A stretch of DNA of 60,823 nt, from IMG/VR virus record IMGVR_UViG_3300037991_005796, positions 1-60,823 of that record. One strand, 5' to 3'. The DNA comes from a virus. Its lineage: Duplodnaviria > Caudoviricetes. The translations under genes were made by a program, and so were the position numbers. Of this stretch, positions 39,331 through 49,733 are shown piece after piece (the first letter of the stretch is position 1; every line of letters begins with the position of its first letter). The notes under the pieces are model-generated. The model was not told the origin of the DNA. It saw only the letters and a list, made by a program, of their open reading frames with translations, and ran no database searches.

Positions 39331-40078
39331 AAACAATACTGTTAAATATTGGACCAACGCCTTTAAAAAGCTATCTTCATTCGATATAGTTAATATTGAA
39401 GATATTTACAAAATGTACCTTAGTGCTTATAATTTTTTCAAAGATCAAACATTTGATTACAGACTTAATAATGGTGCAATGGAATGGATATATACCTCGG
39501 ATAGTTCATTAAAAATAGTAGAACGACATTCAAAAAAGTTTCCTAAGTCTAAATTTTTATATTTAGAGTTACCATACCAGTTGTATGAAGATTATTTTAT
39601 TAACTGGTTAAATCGAATCGGCAACCCAGTAAGTACCGATTGGAAAATAATAGAAGAATATATAAATAAAAATGTAGTATGGAATCCTGATCCTAATGAC
39701 CCTACAGTAGGCATATACGAAGGAGCATCATCTTATGGAAGTTATTTATGCCATAAACTGTACGGTGTAGGAACACCAGCATTTAATAACGGAACATATT
39801 TTCCTAAAAGAAACACCCACAGAATGGCATTTACTTATAAAATAAAAAGTGATGTACCTGTTTTTTTAGCAGCAGAATCTTCAAAAAAATTTAAAATAGA
39901 AATAGTTCCTTTTACTTTCAACCCAACTGTAGACGGGTATAATTATAAAGAATTTAAACCAGATGCAGATATCAGATATTATTTTAAAGACTTTAAAAAT
40001 GCTGAAATAGATTTACAAAATAAAAAAATAAATTTTTTAGATAAAGATAATAATATAATAGCACAGTATATAAAATGA
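39317..40078 (+). CDS. Hypothetical protein, paralogue of 36899
   Basis: VKYWTNAFKKLSSFDI, KFLYLELPYQL, RNTHR, SDVPVFL. Confidence 0.5.
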   Translation: MKVYKNNTVKYWTNAFKKLSSFDIVNIEDIYKMYLSAYNFFKDQTFDYRLNNGAMEWIYTSDSSLKIVERHSKKFPKSKFLYLELPYQLYEDYFINWLNRIGNPVSTDWKIIEEYINKNVVWNPDPNDPTVGIYEGASSYGSYLCHKLYGVGTPAFNNGTYFPKRNTHRMAFTYKIKSDVPVFLAAESSKKFKIEIVPFTFNPTVDGYNYKEFKPDADIRYYFKDFKNAEIDLQNKKINFLDKDNNIIAQYIK

Positions 40079-40806
40079 AACAGTTTTTTAATATAGTATT
40101 GCCAATGGCCGGTAAAGGTTCAAGATTTCAAGAACAAGGATACACAGATTCAAAACCTTTTATAGATGTAAATGGTAAACCTATGATTCAAAGAGTTATA
40201 GAAAATTTAAATATTGAGTTTGATAAAAAGTTTAAGTTTATAATTTTATGTCAAAAATCAGATTATGAAAAGTATGATTTTAGTATATTTGAAAATATTA
40301 TAGGACATAATAATATAGAAATAATTAAATTAAATAAAACTACTGAAGGAGCAGCCTGTACTTTATTAGAAGCTAAAGAGTTTATTGATAATACTATTCC
40401 TTTCTTATGCTTTAACTCAGATCAAATGATAGAGTATGATGTTGATAATACTTTTAGTAGGTTAAGTTTACATGATGGAGGTATGCCTTGCTTCAAAGGA
40501 GATGGAAATGAATGGAGTTATGCTAAAACTAATGAGGAAGGTTATGTTATAGAAGTAGCTGAAAAGAAAAAAATATCTGATGATGCTACTGCTGGTTACT
40601 ATTATTGGAATAGAGGATGTGATTTCGTTAAGTATGCAGAACAGATGATAGCGGCTGATGATAGAGTAAATAATGAATTTTATGTTGCCCCAGTCTATAA
40701 TTATGCTATCAAGGATGGTAAACACATAGTAATTACTCAAGTAGATAAAGTATATGAACTAGGAACCCCTGAATGGTTAGAAAGTTATTTAAATGGAGAA
40801 CAGTAA
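40075..40806 (+). CDS. Sugar-phosphate nucleotidyltransferase (BcbE-like)
   Basis: PMAGKGSRF, KPFIDVNGKPMI, TEGAACT, NSDQ, EKK, NNEFYVAPVYN, LGTPE. Confidence 0.85.
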   Translation: MKQFFNIVLPMAGKGSRFQEQGYTDSKPFIDVNGKPMIQRVIENLNIEFDKKFKFIILCQKSDYEKYDFSIFENIIGHNNIEIIKLNKTTEGAACTLLEAKEFIDNTIPFLCFNSDQMIEYDVDNTFSRLSLHDGGMPCFKGDGNEWSYAKTNEEGYVIEVAEKKKISDDATAGYYYWNRGCDFVKYAEQMIAADDRVNNEFYVAPVYNYAIKDGKHIVITQVDKVYELGTPEWLESYLNGEQ

Positions 40807-41602
40807 GTTAAGAATAGCAATTTGTTTTTACGGTCAAGTTAGATTTTATGAAGGTTTGAACGGTATATATAAAGAATTAAATACAAAATATCCTAATATA
40901 CAGTTTGATTTTTTTCTTAGTACCTGGAGAGATATAGATAGAAGAAAAATTAAATTACCATTTCGTAAAGAAAGACAGTTTCATCATGACCAAGTTACTA
41001 AAAATTGGCAGATAGGCAATACACAAAAAATGGCTTTTTTATTTTCTAATGCTGTAAGGTTAAAACAAGAGTATGAATTAGAGCAAGATTTTAGTTATGA
41101 CTGGGTGTTTATGACAAGACCAGATATTATATATGACTTTAATAAATTTGTAGAGCACCTAGATAATTTACGTAATCATAAATTTAAAAGACATTTTGTA
41201 GGTGTAATGGACCTACCGGTAAAGGATGACGAAGGGCATAATAAAATAACGAGTGATTATGGATTTTTATTTTCTTCCGAAGCTGCTGATATTCATGGTT
41301 CAATTTATAATTTTTTCTTTTTACAAAAAAGGTATAAAGATATAAAAGAACCTACATATAGAGAAGGAGGACATTGGATACATTCTTATTATTTTATTTT
41401 TAATAATTTTGAAATGTACCATTTACAGATGTCTTCATTATTAGTAAGACCAAATAGAGATCTAGATACTATAGTTAAACATATAGACGACCCTTATTTA
41501 ATTTCTTACGTAGCAAATAATGCTCATACATGGAAATTGATAGATGGTCAAACAATAGAAAAAGATGGTAAAAGATTATCATTTAAAGGAAGATTAATAT
41601 GA
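40793..41602 (+). CDS. Putative glycosyltransferase, IAVCLSGQLR/RPD family (copy 2)
   Basis: IAICFYGQVR, STW, YDWVFMTRPD. Confidence 0.55.
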   Translation: MENSKLRIAICFYGQVRFYEGLNGIYKELNTKYPNIQFDFFLSTWRDIDRRKIKLPFRKERQFHHDQVTKNWQIGNTQKMAFLFSNAVRLKQEYELEQDFSYDWVFMTRPDIIYDFNKFVEHLDNLRNHKFKRHFVGVMDLPVKDDEGHNKITSDYGFLFSSEAADIHGSIYNFFFLQKRYKDIKEPTYREGGHWIHSYYFIFNNFEMYHLQMSSLLVRPNRDLDTIVKHIDDPYLISYVANNAHTWKLIDGQTIEKDGKRLSFKGRLI

Positions 41603-42522
41603 TGGATAAAATTACTTATGCATATTTAGAGACTACTAACTACTGTAACTTACAATGTTCGTTTTGTAATAGAGAAGAAGTTATAGGAGCTTTACAGCAT
41701 ATGCCTTTAGCTAAGTTTAAAACTATGCTTGATAGTATTAAACACCATCCTATTAATGAAGCAAAACTAATGGGTATGGGAGAACCTATGCTGCATCCTC
41801 AGTTTGATCAAATATGTAAAACTTTTAAAGAATTTTTTCCTGATGCATTTCTTATCGTAGCTACTAATTGTCAATATCCTGTAAGACCTAACACAAAAAT
41901 GGGAGATAAATTTGAAAATTGTATGAAATACATAGATCTTCTTTATTTTAGTATAGACGGGTATAAAGAATCTTACGAAAGAGATAGATCTCCAGCTAAG
42001 TGGCCTAAGCTTATTTCTTTTTTAGAAGATTTTAAAAATATGGATAGACATAATTGTAGAGTAACTTGTAACTATGTAGTTAATCCTGATAACGTTTATG
42101 ATATTCAAATAATACAAGACAAAATAGTAGATGTATATAATTTAGAAGAACTTAGGTTAAATATAGCTCAGAATTGGTCTGAAGATAAATCAATGCCTGG
42201 AGGGTATTCTCAAAAAGATATAGAATATTTAAAAAATAATTGGAAAGAAAATATTAAAGGGAAAGATAAATGGGATTTTCCTGACTGTTTTTGGGTTAAA
42301 AACGGTATATACACAACGGTAGAAGGTCATGTAAAAATGTGCTGTTTAAATACTGGCGCAAAACCTTTTGGAAACTTATTTGAGCAATCAATAGATGAAA
42401 TTAGAAGCTCAAAAGACTTTGATAACGTAAGAGAAGGATGTTTAACTAATAAACCTACTAAACATTGTGTAAATTGTTCTTATAAAGAATTAGCTCCTAT
42501 GTTAGATATTATTAAAAATTAA
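41599..42522 (+). CDS. Radical SAM enzyme with C-terminal SPASM/twitch domain
   Basis: CNLQCSFC, GMGEP; CFW...MCC...GNL...HCVNC. Confidence 0.88.
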   Translation: MMDKITYAYLETTNYCNLQCSFCNREEVIGALQHMPLAKFKTMLDSIKHHPINEAKLMGMGEPMLHPQFDQICKTFKEFFPDAFLIVATNCQYPVRPNTKMGDKFENCMKYIDLLYFSIDGYKESYERDRSPAKWPKLISFLEDFKNMDRHNCRVTCNYVVNPDNVYDIQIIQDKIVDVYNLEELRLNIAQNWSEDKSMPGGYSQKDIEYLKNNWKENIKGKDKWDFPDCFWVKNGIYTTVEGHVKMCCLNTGAKPFGNLFEQSIDEIRSSKDFDNVREGCLTNKPTKHCVNCSYKELAPMLDIIKN

Positions 42523-42524
42523 TT

Positions 42525-43499
42525 ATGAAAAACTTAAAATTTGAACGTTCTAAATCAAAAGTATTAGTCGTAAGTGGTTGTTCTCATACGCAAGGAAGTG
42601 CTTTTGTTAAAAAAATTGGTAAACCAGTAATTAAAAAGAAAAAAGAAGTGTATGAACTAGCTACACCTCAATTAAAAGTAAAGTACAAGAAAGATTATAT
42701 AAATGTAGACTTTTTAAATACTTTAACATGGGGAGGTAAATTAGCTAAACTTTTAAGAGCTGATAAATATTATAATTTAGGATTTGGAGGATTTGGAATC
42801 GAAAGTGTTATAAGAGCTCTGAGAAACTATGCTTACAAAGTTGAAGATTTAAATAATCATTTATTTATCATTCAAGTACCTAGCTCAGCTCGTAAAGAAG
42901 TGGTAGTCGTTGAAGGAGATGACGTAAAAAGAGACGGAATAAAAAATATAGCAACAACTGCACAACCAGACCCTTTCGGGTTTATGCCGGCTGATGAAGT
43001 AAAAATGAATTTCATTAATAATTTTTTTGATGAAGATGTTGCAGAAATAGAACTTTATTATGAATTATTTGCCTTACAGCAATATTTAGAAGCTAGAGGG
43101 GCTAATGTAAGAATGTTTATTACTCCTTTTACTGAGTTGGTAATTAAAAACACTTTACAGGTAAAAAAATACGAAAAAACTTTAAACGATTGGAATAAAG
43201 TATCTCTGTATAAAGACTTACATAAAGGACCAAAATTTTTAGATATGTTTAATTCGTTAAATATTATAGAAACCACTCAGCTTCCTACTTATAGAACTAA
43301 TTTAATGAAAAATCCTAAGCAATGGACTTTACATTCCGACGGCACAGTCCCTGGAGATCAGCATTATAATGAAGATGGGAACTATGCGTTAGCTAATTGT
43401 ATAAAAGAAAATTTAAATAAAAAAAGCGAACCTTTTAAATTGAAACAGTATGTTACAATGGAGGTAGAAGGTGAAGAAGTAGTTAAGACTTTGATTTAA
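42525..43499 (+). CDS. SGNH/GDSL-like protein
   Basis: SGCSHTQG, NLGFGG, DQHYN. Confidence 0.68.
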   Translation: MKNLKFERSKSKVLVVSGCSHTQGSAFVKKIGKPVIKKKKEVYELATPQLKVKYKKDYINVDFLNTLTWGGKLAKLLRADKYYNLGFGGFGIESVIRALRNYAYKVEDLNNHLFIIQVPSSARKEVVVVEGDDVKRDGIKNIATTAQPDPFGFMPADEVKMNFINNFFDEDVAEIELYYELFALQQYLEARGANVRMFITPFTELVIKNTLQVKKYEKTLNDWNKVSLYKDLHKGPKFLDMFNSLNIIETTQLPTYRTNLMKNPKQWTLHSDGTVPGDQHYNEDGNYALANCIKENLNKKSEPFKLKQYVTMEVEGEEVVKTLI

Positions 43500-44530
43500 T
43501 GAAAAAACATTTAAATAACGTTATAAGAAAAGATAATAAAGAAAATAAAAGTCTTTTTAAAGTAGTTTTAACTCAAAATGAAAGGAATTTAAAACTACCA
43601 GATACTTTATTTAAAAACTTTTTAAATACAATTAAACAAAAAGATTTATTTTTCTACCCTGATATTACTAAGCTAAAATTAAAACTTGCTAAATTTTTAG
43701 GAGTAAAGCAATATAACTTATTAATAACCCCAGGTTCTGATATTGGTATAAAAACTATTTTTGAATCGTTTGATTTAAAAAATAAAAATATTATTACGTC
43801 TAATTATTGCTTTCCTATGTACTCTGTTTACGCTGACTTATATCAAGCTAAACTTAAAAAAGTTAGATATACTAATAGAGGTTTAAACTTCAGGTGGTTA
43901 TTAGACAAAATAGATAAAGATACTCAGTTCATTATTATAGCTAATCCTAACTCTCCTTTAGGGGATTACTATAGTTTTGATCAAATAAAAATTTTGTTAG
44001 ATACAGGAATCCATGTAGTTATAGATGAAGCATATATAGAACTTACAGACAAGAAAAGCTTGGCTAATAAAGTAAAAAGCTACCCTAATTTAACAGTACT
44101 TAGAACTTTTTCTAAAGGATACGGAGCAGCAGGATGCAGAGTAGGTTATATAGTTAGCAATAAATCCAATATAGATATCTTTAATAAATTTAGATTTATG
44201 TACGAAATAGCTGGTATTTCTTCTAAATATTGTGAGTTTATTTTAGATAATATTGTTTACTATAATAGGTATACGGAAAAGACTTTCGAAGCTAAGAAAA
44301 AATTAGTTTCTAAATTAATAAATAAAGGTTTTAAAATTATAGATACAGATTCGTCTTGGTTTTTCTTAAAACATACTAAAGAGATAGAAGGATTGTTCAA
44401 AAAAAATAAGGTATCTTTTAAAACGTTAACTCATTTTTCTGATAATATAGAGTATATAAAATTTAATTACGACCTAGAGCTTAAAAATACTAATTTAATC
44501 AACGATCTTCTTAATGTATATACTATCTGA
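43499..44530 (+). CDS. PLP-dependent class I/II aminotransferase (HisC/CobD-like)
   Basis: PGSD, NPNSPLG, VIDEAY, RTFSKGYGAAGCRVGY. Confidence 0.88.
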   Translation: MKKHLNNVIRKDNKENKSLFKVVLTQNERNLKLPDTLFKNFLNTIKQKDLFFYPDITKLKLKLAKFLGVKQYNLLITPGSDIGIKTIFESFDLKNKNIITSNYCFPMYSVYADLYQAKLKKVRYTNRGLNFRWLLDKIDKDTQFIIIANPNSPLGDYYSFDQIKILLDTGIHVVIDEAYIELTDKKSLANKVKSYPNLTVLRTFSKGYGAAGCRVGYIVSNKSNIDIFNKFRFMYEIAGISSKYCEFILDNIVYYNRYTEKTFEAKKKLVSKLINKGFKIIDTDSSWFFLKHTKEIEGLFKKNKVSFKTLTHFSDNIEYIKFNYDLELKNTNLINDLLNVYTI

Positions 44531-45851
44531 AAAATCTGTACCGCTAGTTAACTATATGCTAGAGGAATATGACATGTATCATATTACAAAATTCCCAGTT
44601 GTAGCTGCACTACAAGATGGAGGCTGTGTAGATAAAAATCCTATCAATCTTAGCGCACAATGGTTGTATGATAGATACGGATTAAATACCACATTGACTC
44701 AGTATGACACTTTTTTAAAAAGAGTTACTGAATTTACCTATCATGGAGACTATCTTAAAACCTTAAGGCAAAGAATAAATATAGTAAACGAATTGATAGA
44801 CTGTAAATTAGATACTAACTTACCGGTTCATGTAACCTGCAAACCTGATATAGAAGAAAATATTTCTTTAGATTTAGAGGATGTAAATAGTTTAAAAAAA
44901 GTACATTTTGTTTGCCATCCTGGCCAGACTAGGATACAAGGTAGTATTTTTTTACGAGACCCTTTGAAGAATATTTTATTTTATGTCAAAAAAAATTATA
45001 CAAAGTATATAAAAGTAAAAAAATATTCTTATATAAAAAAAATTAATAACATTGACGAACTTATTAAATGCTATAGACCTTATACTAGTAATAAAACAGA
45101 TAAATACTATTATGATTTTTTTATGCCTGCATTTGAAAAAGGATTAAAATATCACGAGTTTACTAAAAGTCATATTTTGAAAGCTAACAGTATGTATGCA
45201 CTACCTAATAGAAGAATGCATTCTAGTGACTTTTACTTACATAATACTTTTTTAACTATGAATAAATTTAGCTCAATTTTATTTAATAATAAAATTAATG
45301 TTTATACTGATGATATACAAAAAGCTCAAGAACTTATACAAATTAGTGAGAATACAATATTATCAATTTTTACTTCAAGAGAATATTATAGAGTGTTTAA
45401 AAATTTAACTAAAGTAAATAAACTTAGTGAACCGTGGGGGTACGAAAACTGTAATAATTATAATAATTCTTTTGAAGCTAATAAAGCATACTATAAACAG
45501 TACCTATCTAAAGAAGATTTTGATAACTTCTCAGAATTTGATAAAGTTTTAAATACTGAATATAGTAGAGTATACAATTCGTTAAATGTAAACTTTATTC
45601 AGACTCAAAAATTATCCACTTTTAGTAGTATTGTAAATAAAAATAAAACTGGTATTTGTTTTGTACTTAATACTAAAAAGATAAAAACGTTTAATAGAGA
45701 TTTATATGAACTACTTTTTTGTATTCCTGCAAAATTTTCCGTATCTTGTAATAAAGAGAAAAGTATAGCTGTTATCAACTGCGAACATGAAGGTTGGGAT
45801 AAAAAAAATAGTTTTAAACAGTATACTTTTACTGACGATTTTTTTAAATAA
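44514..45851 (+). CDS. Hypothetical protein
   Basis: 445 aa ORF; HPGQTR motif only. Confidence 0.55.
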   Translation: MYILSEKSVPLVNYMLEEYDMYHITKFPVVAALQDGGCVDKNPINLSAQWLYDRYGLNTTLTQYDTFLKRVTEFTYHGDYLKTLRQRINIVNELIDCKLDTNLPVHVTCKPDIEENISLDLEDVNSLKKVHFVCHPGQTRIQGSIFLRDPLKNILFYVKKNYTKYIKVKKYSYIKKINNIDELIKCYRPYTSNKTDKYYYDFFMPAFEKGLKYHEFTKSHILKANSMYALPNRRMHSSDFYLHNTFLTMNKFSSILFNNKINVYTDDIQKAQELIQISENTILSIFTSREYYRVFKNLTKVNKLSEPWGYENCNNYNNSFEANKAYYKQYLSKEDFDNFSEFDKVLNTEYSRVYNSLNVNFIQTQKLSTFSSIVNKNKTGICFVLNTKKIKTFNRDLYELLFCIPAKFSVSCNKEKSIAVINCEHEGWDKKNSFKQYTFTDDFFK

Positions 45852-46666
45852 TGAAAATAGCATTTTTAACTCCGTATAAACATTTACCTAAATTCAAAAA
45901 GTATGTTGAAAAAAAATATACTTGTATAGAAGTAAAGTCTAAAGAAGAAGTTACTAAAGATGTAGTGTATTTATTTGTTGCTCCTAATTATTTAAATTAT
46001 AAAATTACTGAGGATTTCATAAAAGGTATGAACTTAAGAGGTATTATTTCTCCTTCTACAGGAACTAATCATATAGAAGTAAAATCTATACCAATTATTG
46101 ATATTAAAGGAGAAGAAATACTTGATAAAATAACCTCTACAGCTGAACATAATTTATTTTTATGTCTTAGTATTATGAGACAAATAGGTACTATAGATGA
46201 ACTAAGTACTAAAACTTTAGGAGTATTAGGCTGGGGGAGACTTGGCAAAATGGTAGACCTAATAGGTACAAATATTTTTAAAGATATAAAAATTAATGAC
46301 GATACTTTTATCGACGATGACTTTTTTAATAAAACTGATTTTTTGAGTATCAATATTACTTTAGAAGATAGAAATATAAATCTAGTTAATAAAGATTATA
46401 TAAATAAATTTAAAAAAAATATATTTATTATAAATACTGCTAGAGGTGAAGTAGTAGATGAAGAAGATATAATAGATTTAATAAATAAAGGTAAGGTATT
46501 AGGTTATGCTACAGATGTTATAAAAGAAGAACATAGTTCTAAAGCAACATTACTTAAACTAATCTCAGATCCTCGTATATTAATTACACCACATATTGGA
46601 GGTACTGCAATAAGTGCTCAAGAAAAGGCCTATAAAAGAGTTATAAAAAAATTAAAAAGTTTATGA
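45851..46666 (+). CDS. D-isomer 2-hydroxyacid dehydrogenase (SerA-like)
   Basis: STGTNHI, STAEH, GWGRLG, INTARG, TPHIGG. Confidence 0.88.
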   Translation: MKIAFLTPYKHLPKFKKYVEKKYTCIEVKSKEEVTKDVVYLFVAPNYLNYKITEDFIKGMNLRGIISPSTGTNHIEVKSIPIIDIKGEEILDKITSTAEHNLFLCLSIMRQIGTIDELSTKTLGVLGWGRLGKMVDLIGTNIFKDIKINDDTFIDDDFFNKTDFLSINITLEDRNINLVNKDYINKFKKNIFIINTARGEVVDEEDIIDLINKGKVLGYATDVIKEEHSSKATLLKLISDPRILITPHIGGTAISAQEKAYKRVIKKLKSL

Positions 46667-47190
46667 AATATTGGAGAGAGTTTAAAAAATATAAACAAGC
46701 TTTTAAATTTATCGAAGAAAATAAACCTAAACTTATAGTTGAATATGGTTCAGGAGGAAGTACTTACTCTCTGTATAAGTGCCTTGAAGAATTAAATTAT
46801 GGAGGAAAGTTAATTACTTATGAAGATAATAGTGAATGGTATAATAAAATTATTGAGGATTTTCCTTTCTTAAAAGATACAGTAAAGTTAGTTGAGATTG
46901 AAACTATTGATTCTAAAAAAGGTTATCTTAGGTACAGTCATAATTTAGAAGATATAAAAGAAGCAGAATTAGTTATTTTAGATGGACCTGACTATAAATT
47001 ATTTCTTACTGAGGACGGTGGACCTTCTAACGTTACTACTAACTTAGAAGATATAGTTAATTATTTAGGAAAAGAAATTCCTTTTTTTATAGATGGTAGA
47101 GAAGGGTGTGTTAGGTATTATAATAATTTAAATTATACTAAACATATTATTCAACCTTTAGAAGATGCAACAGATGGCAACAAAATATGA
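46663..47190 (+). CDS. Class I SAM methyltransferase-like protein
   Basis: VEYGSGGST, ITYED, ILDGP. Confidence 0.7.
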   Translation: MKYWREFKKYKQAFKFIEENKPKLIVEYGSGGSTYSLYKCLEELNYGGKLITYEDNSEWYNKIIEDFPFLKDTVKLVEIETIDSKKGYLRYSHNLEDIKEAELVILDGPDYKLFLTEDGGPSNVTTNLEDIVNYLGKEIPFFIDGREGCVRYYNNLNYTKHIIQPLEDATDGNKI

Positions 47191-48004
47191 TAATATTATA
47201 GGAGCTGGATGTAGCTTTATACACGGTTCTAATATATTAGTAGAAAAAGACGGAAAATTTGCAGGAGACAAATTAAGAGCTGCTAAATTAATAGCCGATA
47301 AATTACGTATTCCGGAAATAAATTTAGCTCATCCAGGAGCTTCTAATGATAGAATACTATATAATATATATGAATATTGGTCTAAAAATCAAACATCAAA
47401 CGATCTCTATATAATAGGAACCTCTGGTATTTCTAGACAACTATACTACTCAAACTTAACTGAAGAATTTTGGGATATACATGCTTTTGATTATATGGAC
47501 GATGATACTAGCCTAAAACGATCTGAAAGGTTATTTGGTGAAAATACTCTTGACTTTTATAAAGAGTGGAGAGAAAAAGAGGCTAAGTACCTTTTTAATT
47601 TAGAAGTAGAACAAAAAAAATTATGTTTAAAAATATTAGGTTTAAGTAGTTTTTTAAAATTAAATAATATTAATCATATTTTTTTAAATTCTATTGATGA
47701 TCATATATCTCCTATAAAAGAAAAAATTAATTATTTAAGTTTTAACATACCCAAAAACAGCAATAAAGAATTTAATAAATCAGATTTTTTTAATACTCTA
47801 ACTATTGAAGATTGTTGGTACCATTATTTAAGAATTAAACATGACGAAGTATGTAAGAATTATAACGATACCTCCTACAGAATACCGTACCCTCCATACG
47901 GCAAATGGTTCTGTGGGGGTCATCCTTCTCCTAACGCTCATAAAGATTTAAGTAAAAAAATAATTGAATTCCATAACGAACTTTACCCTGAATACAAAAT
48001 ATGA
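47165..48004 (+). CDS. SGNH/GDSL-like protein
   Basis: AGCSFIHG, NLAHPGASN, IIGTS, GHPSP. Confidence 0.72.
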   Translation: MQQMATKYDNIIGAGCSFIHGSNILVEKDGKFAGDKLRAAKLIADKLRIPEINLAHPGASNDRILYNIYEYWSKNQTSNDLYIIGTSGISRQLYYSNLTEEFWDIHAFDYMDDDTSLKRSERLFGENTLDFYKEWREKEAKYLFNLEVEQKKLCLKILGLSSFLKLNNINHIFLNSIDDHISPIKEKINYLSFNIPKNSNKEFNKSDFFNTLTIEDCWYHYLRIKHDEVCKNYNDTSYRIPYPPYGKWFCGGHPSPNAHKDLSKKIIEFHNELYPEYKI

Positions 48005-48834
48005 AATTTATAACTGAACTTTGTCAAAACCATAATGGTAATAAGGATACTTTAGAGTCTATGATTAGATCTGCTGCTAAACATAGTGATATATTAAAAA
48101 TACAATCAATCAAAGCAGACACGTTAACTAACAGAAAAGAATACGAAGAGTTCAGACCATTTGAAGGTGAGTACAGTAGATTAAAAGGTCTTGAATTGAG
48201 TAAAGAAGACGAAGAATTTTTTATTTTTAAATGTATGGAATATGGAGTAGAATCTATGACTACTATTTTTACACCTAAGCATATAAACTACTTTAACGAA
48301 TTAGGATACTCTAATTTAAAATTATCTGGATACTCAATACCAGCCTTTAAATACGGAGAGTTACTTTCAAATGTAAAGTTTAAAAAACTGTTTTTTTCTA
48401 CCTCTAGTTTAACTTTAGATGAAATAAAAAAAACCATAAACAATTTAAATAATATGGGTATAGATTACTGTATGCTTCAGTGTACTTGCGTTTACCCTAC
48501 ACCACTTAGTAAGTTAAATTTACAAAATGTTAAATTTTATAAAGATATACTACAAGCTAAAGAAGTAGGATTGAGTGATCATTCGAATCCTTATGAAGAT
48601 AAATTACTTTCATCTAAATTAGCTATTTTTCAAGGTATAGATGCTTTAGAAAGACATTTTACTGTATTAAATAAAGACGAAACCAGAGACGGTAAAGTAT
48701 CAATAACTCCAAAAATGTTGGAAAACTTAAAAAAATTTACTAAATTAAGTAAAGAAGAACAGTATGCTGAATTAAATAGCTTTAACGAGCAGCAAATTTT
48801 TAACCACGACTATTACAGAGGAAGATTTAAATGA
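48001..48834 (+). CDS. neuB: NeuB-family ulosonic acid synthase (no C-terminal SAF domain)
   Basis: ELCQNHNG, KIQ, QCTCVYPT, GLSDHS, ERHFT, RDG. Confidence 0.85.
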   Translation: MKFITELCQNHNGNKDTLESMIRSAAKHSDILKIQSIKADTLTNRKEYEEFRPFEGEYSRLKGLELSKEDEEFFIFKCMEYGVESMTTIFTPKHINYFNELGYSNLKLSGYSIPAFKYGELLSNVKFKKLFFSTSSLTLDEIKKTINNLNNMGIDYCMLQCTCVYPTPLSKLNLQNVKFYKDILQAKEVGLSDHSNPYEDKLLSSKLAIFQGIDALERHFTVLNKDETRDGKVSITPKMLENLKKFTKLSKEEQYAELNSFNEQQIFNHDYYRGRFK

Positions 48835-49733
48835 AAGTAAGTTATATTATATGTTATAGTTCTACCTGGCCAATGACTAAGTTCGATCCAACGTCTTGGC
48901 AAGAACCTGATTTAGAATTAGATAAAAAAATTCTTAACCAGACTAATAAACTACTTCAGCAAATTTATACTATACCCGGTGAAAAAGAAATAATACTAAT
49001 AGATAATTCTGGTGACTTTATTCTCGAACTTAATAATAAAAATTTAAAAATTATAGAAGGTTTTGGAGCATTATATAAAAAGTTTGAAGGTGATAAGAAC
49101 AAAATTAAACTACAGTTTAATGAAGAATTAAAAATCTTTAATATCTCAGATAAAATAGAGTATAATATTTTTAAAAGTGATCAAGCTCAAATTACTGCTT
49201 TAGCATATAATCAAGGAATAGCAGCAGCAACAGGAGATTATATTATTATGCAGCATAACGATACTAAGTATTTATTTGATGATTACAGCAAAGAAACAGT
49301 AATATATGATGCTGTAAAAATGTTAATGGAAAATAATTATGAATATCTTTCTATAGACAAAAAAGAAATAAAAAATACTAATTTTAAAGAATATAATAAA
49401 AAGGTAAAGTACTGTGCTGATTGTTATTGGTTTCTATGTAGAAAAGATTTTTTTACTAAGCATAAAATATGGGTTGATTGGAATAGAGGTGATAATAATC
49501 ATTTAGCTACTTTTATGTGTGCGAATAAAAATCTTAAGTACAAACACCTCCCAGGTTTTTATGAAGGACCTAGTAAATTAGAAAAAAAGTTCTGGGATAA
49601 TTATTTCAAATACAGATATAACTATAATAATGGTGGTACTAGATTCCATTTGTTGTATAATAAACCTTTTTTAGAGCATATTAAAGGAGGAACAGGTTTA
49701 AGAAAATTAAAAGATAATGATTTTATTGTGTAA
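48831..49733 (+). CDS. GT2-like glycosyltransferase
   Basis: EIILIDNS, AYNQGIAAATGDYIIMQHND. Confidence 0.7.
   Translation: MKVSYIICYSSTWPMTKFDPTSWQEPDLELDKKILNQTNKLLQQIYTIPGEKEIILIDNSGDFILELNNKNLKIIEGFGALYKKFEGDKNKIKLQFNEELKIFNISDKIEYNIFKSDQAQITALAYNQGIAAATGDYIIMQHNDTKYLFDDYSKETVIYDAVKMLMENNYEYLSIDKKEIKNTNFKEYNKKVKYCADCYWFLCRKDFFTKHKIWVDWNRGDNNHLATFMCANKNLKYKHLPGFYEGPSKLEKKFWDNYFKYRYNYNNGGTRFHLLYNKPFLEHIKGGTGLRKLKDNDFIV

Noticed and set aside
43499-46666. HisC and SerA as amino-acid-biosynthesis auxiliary metabolic genes
   Set aside because: Only family-level motifs are seen, no other pathway genes are present, and the glycan-cluster context favours a tailoring role; gene symbols withheld
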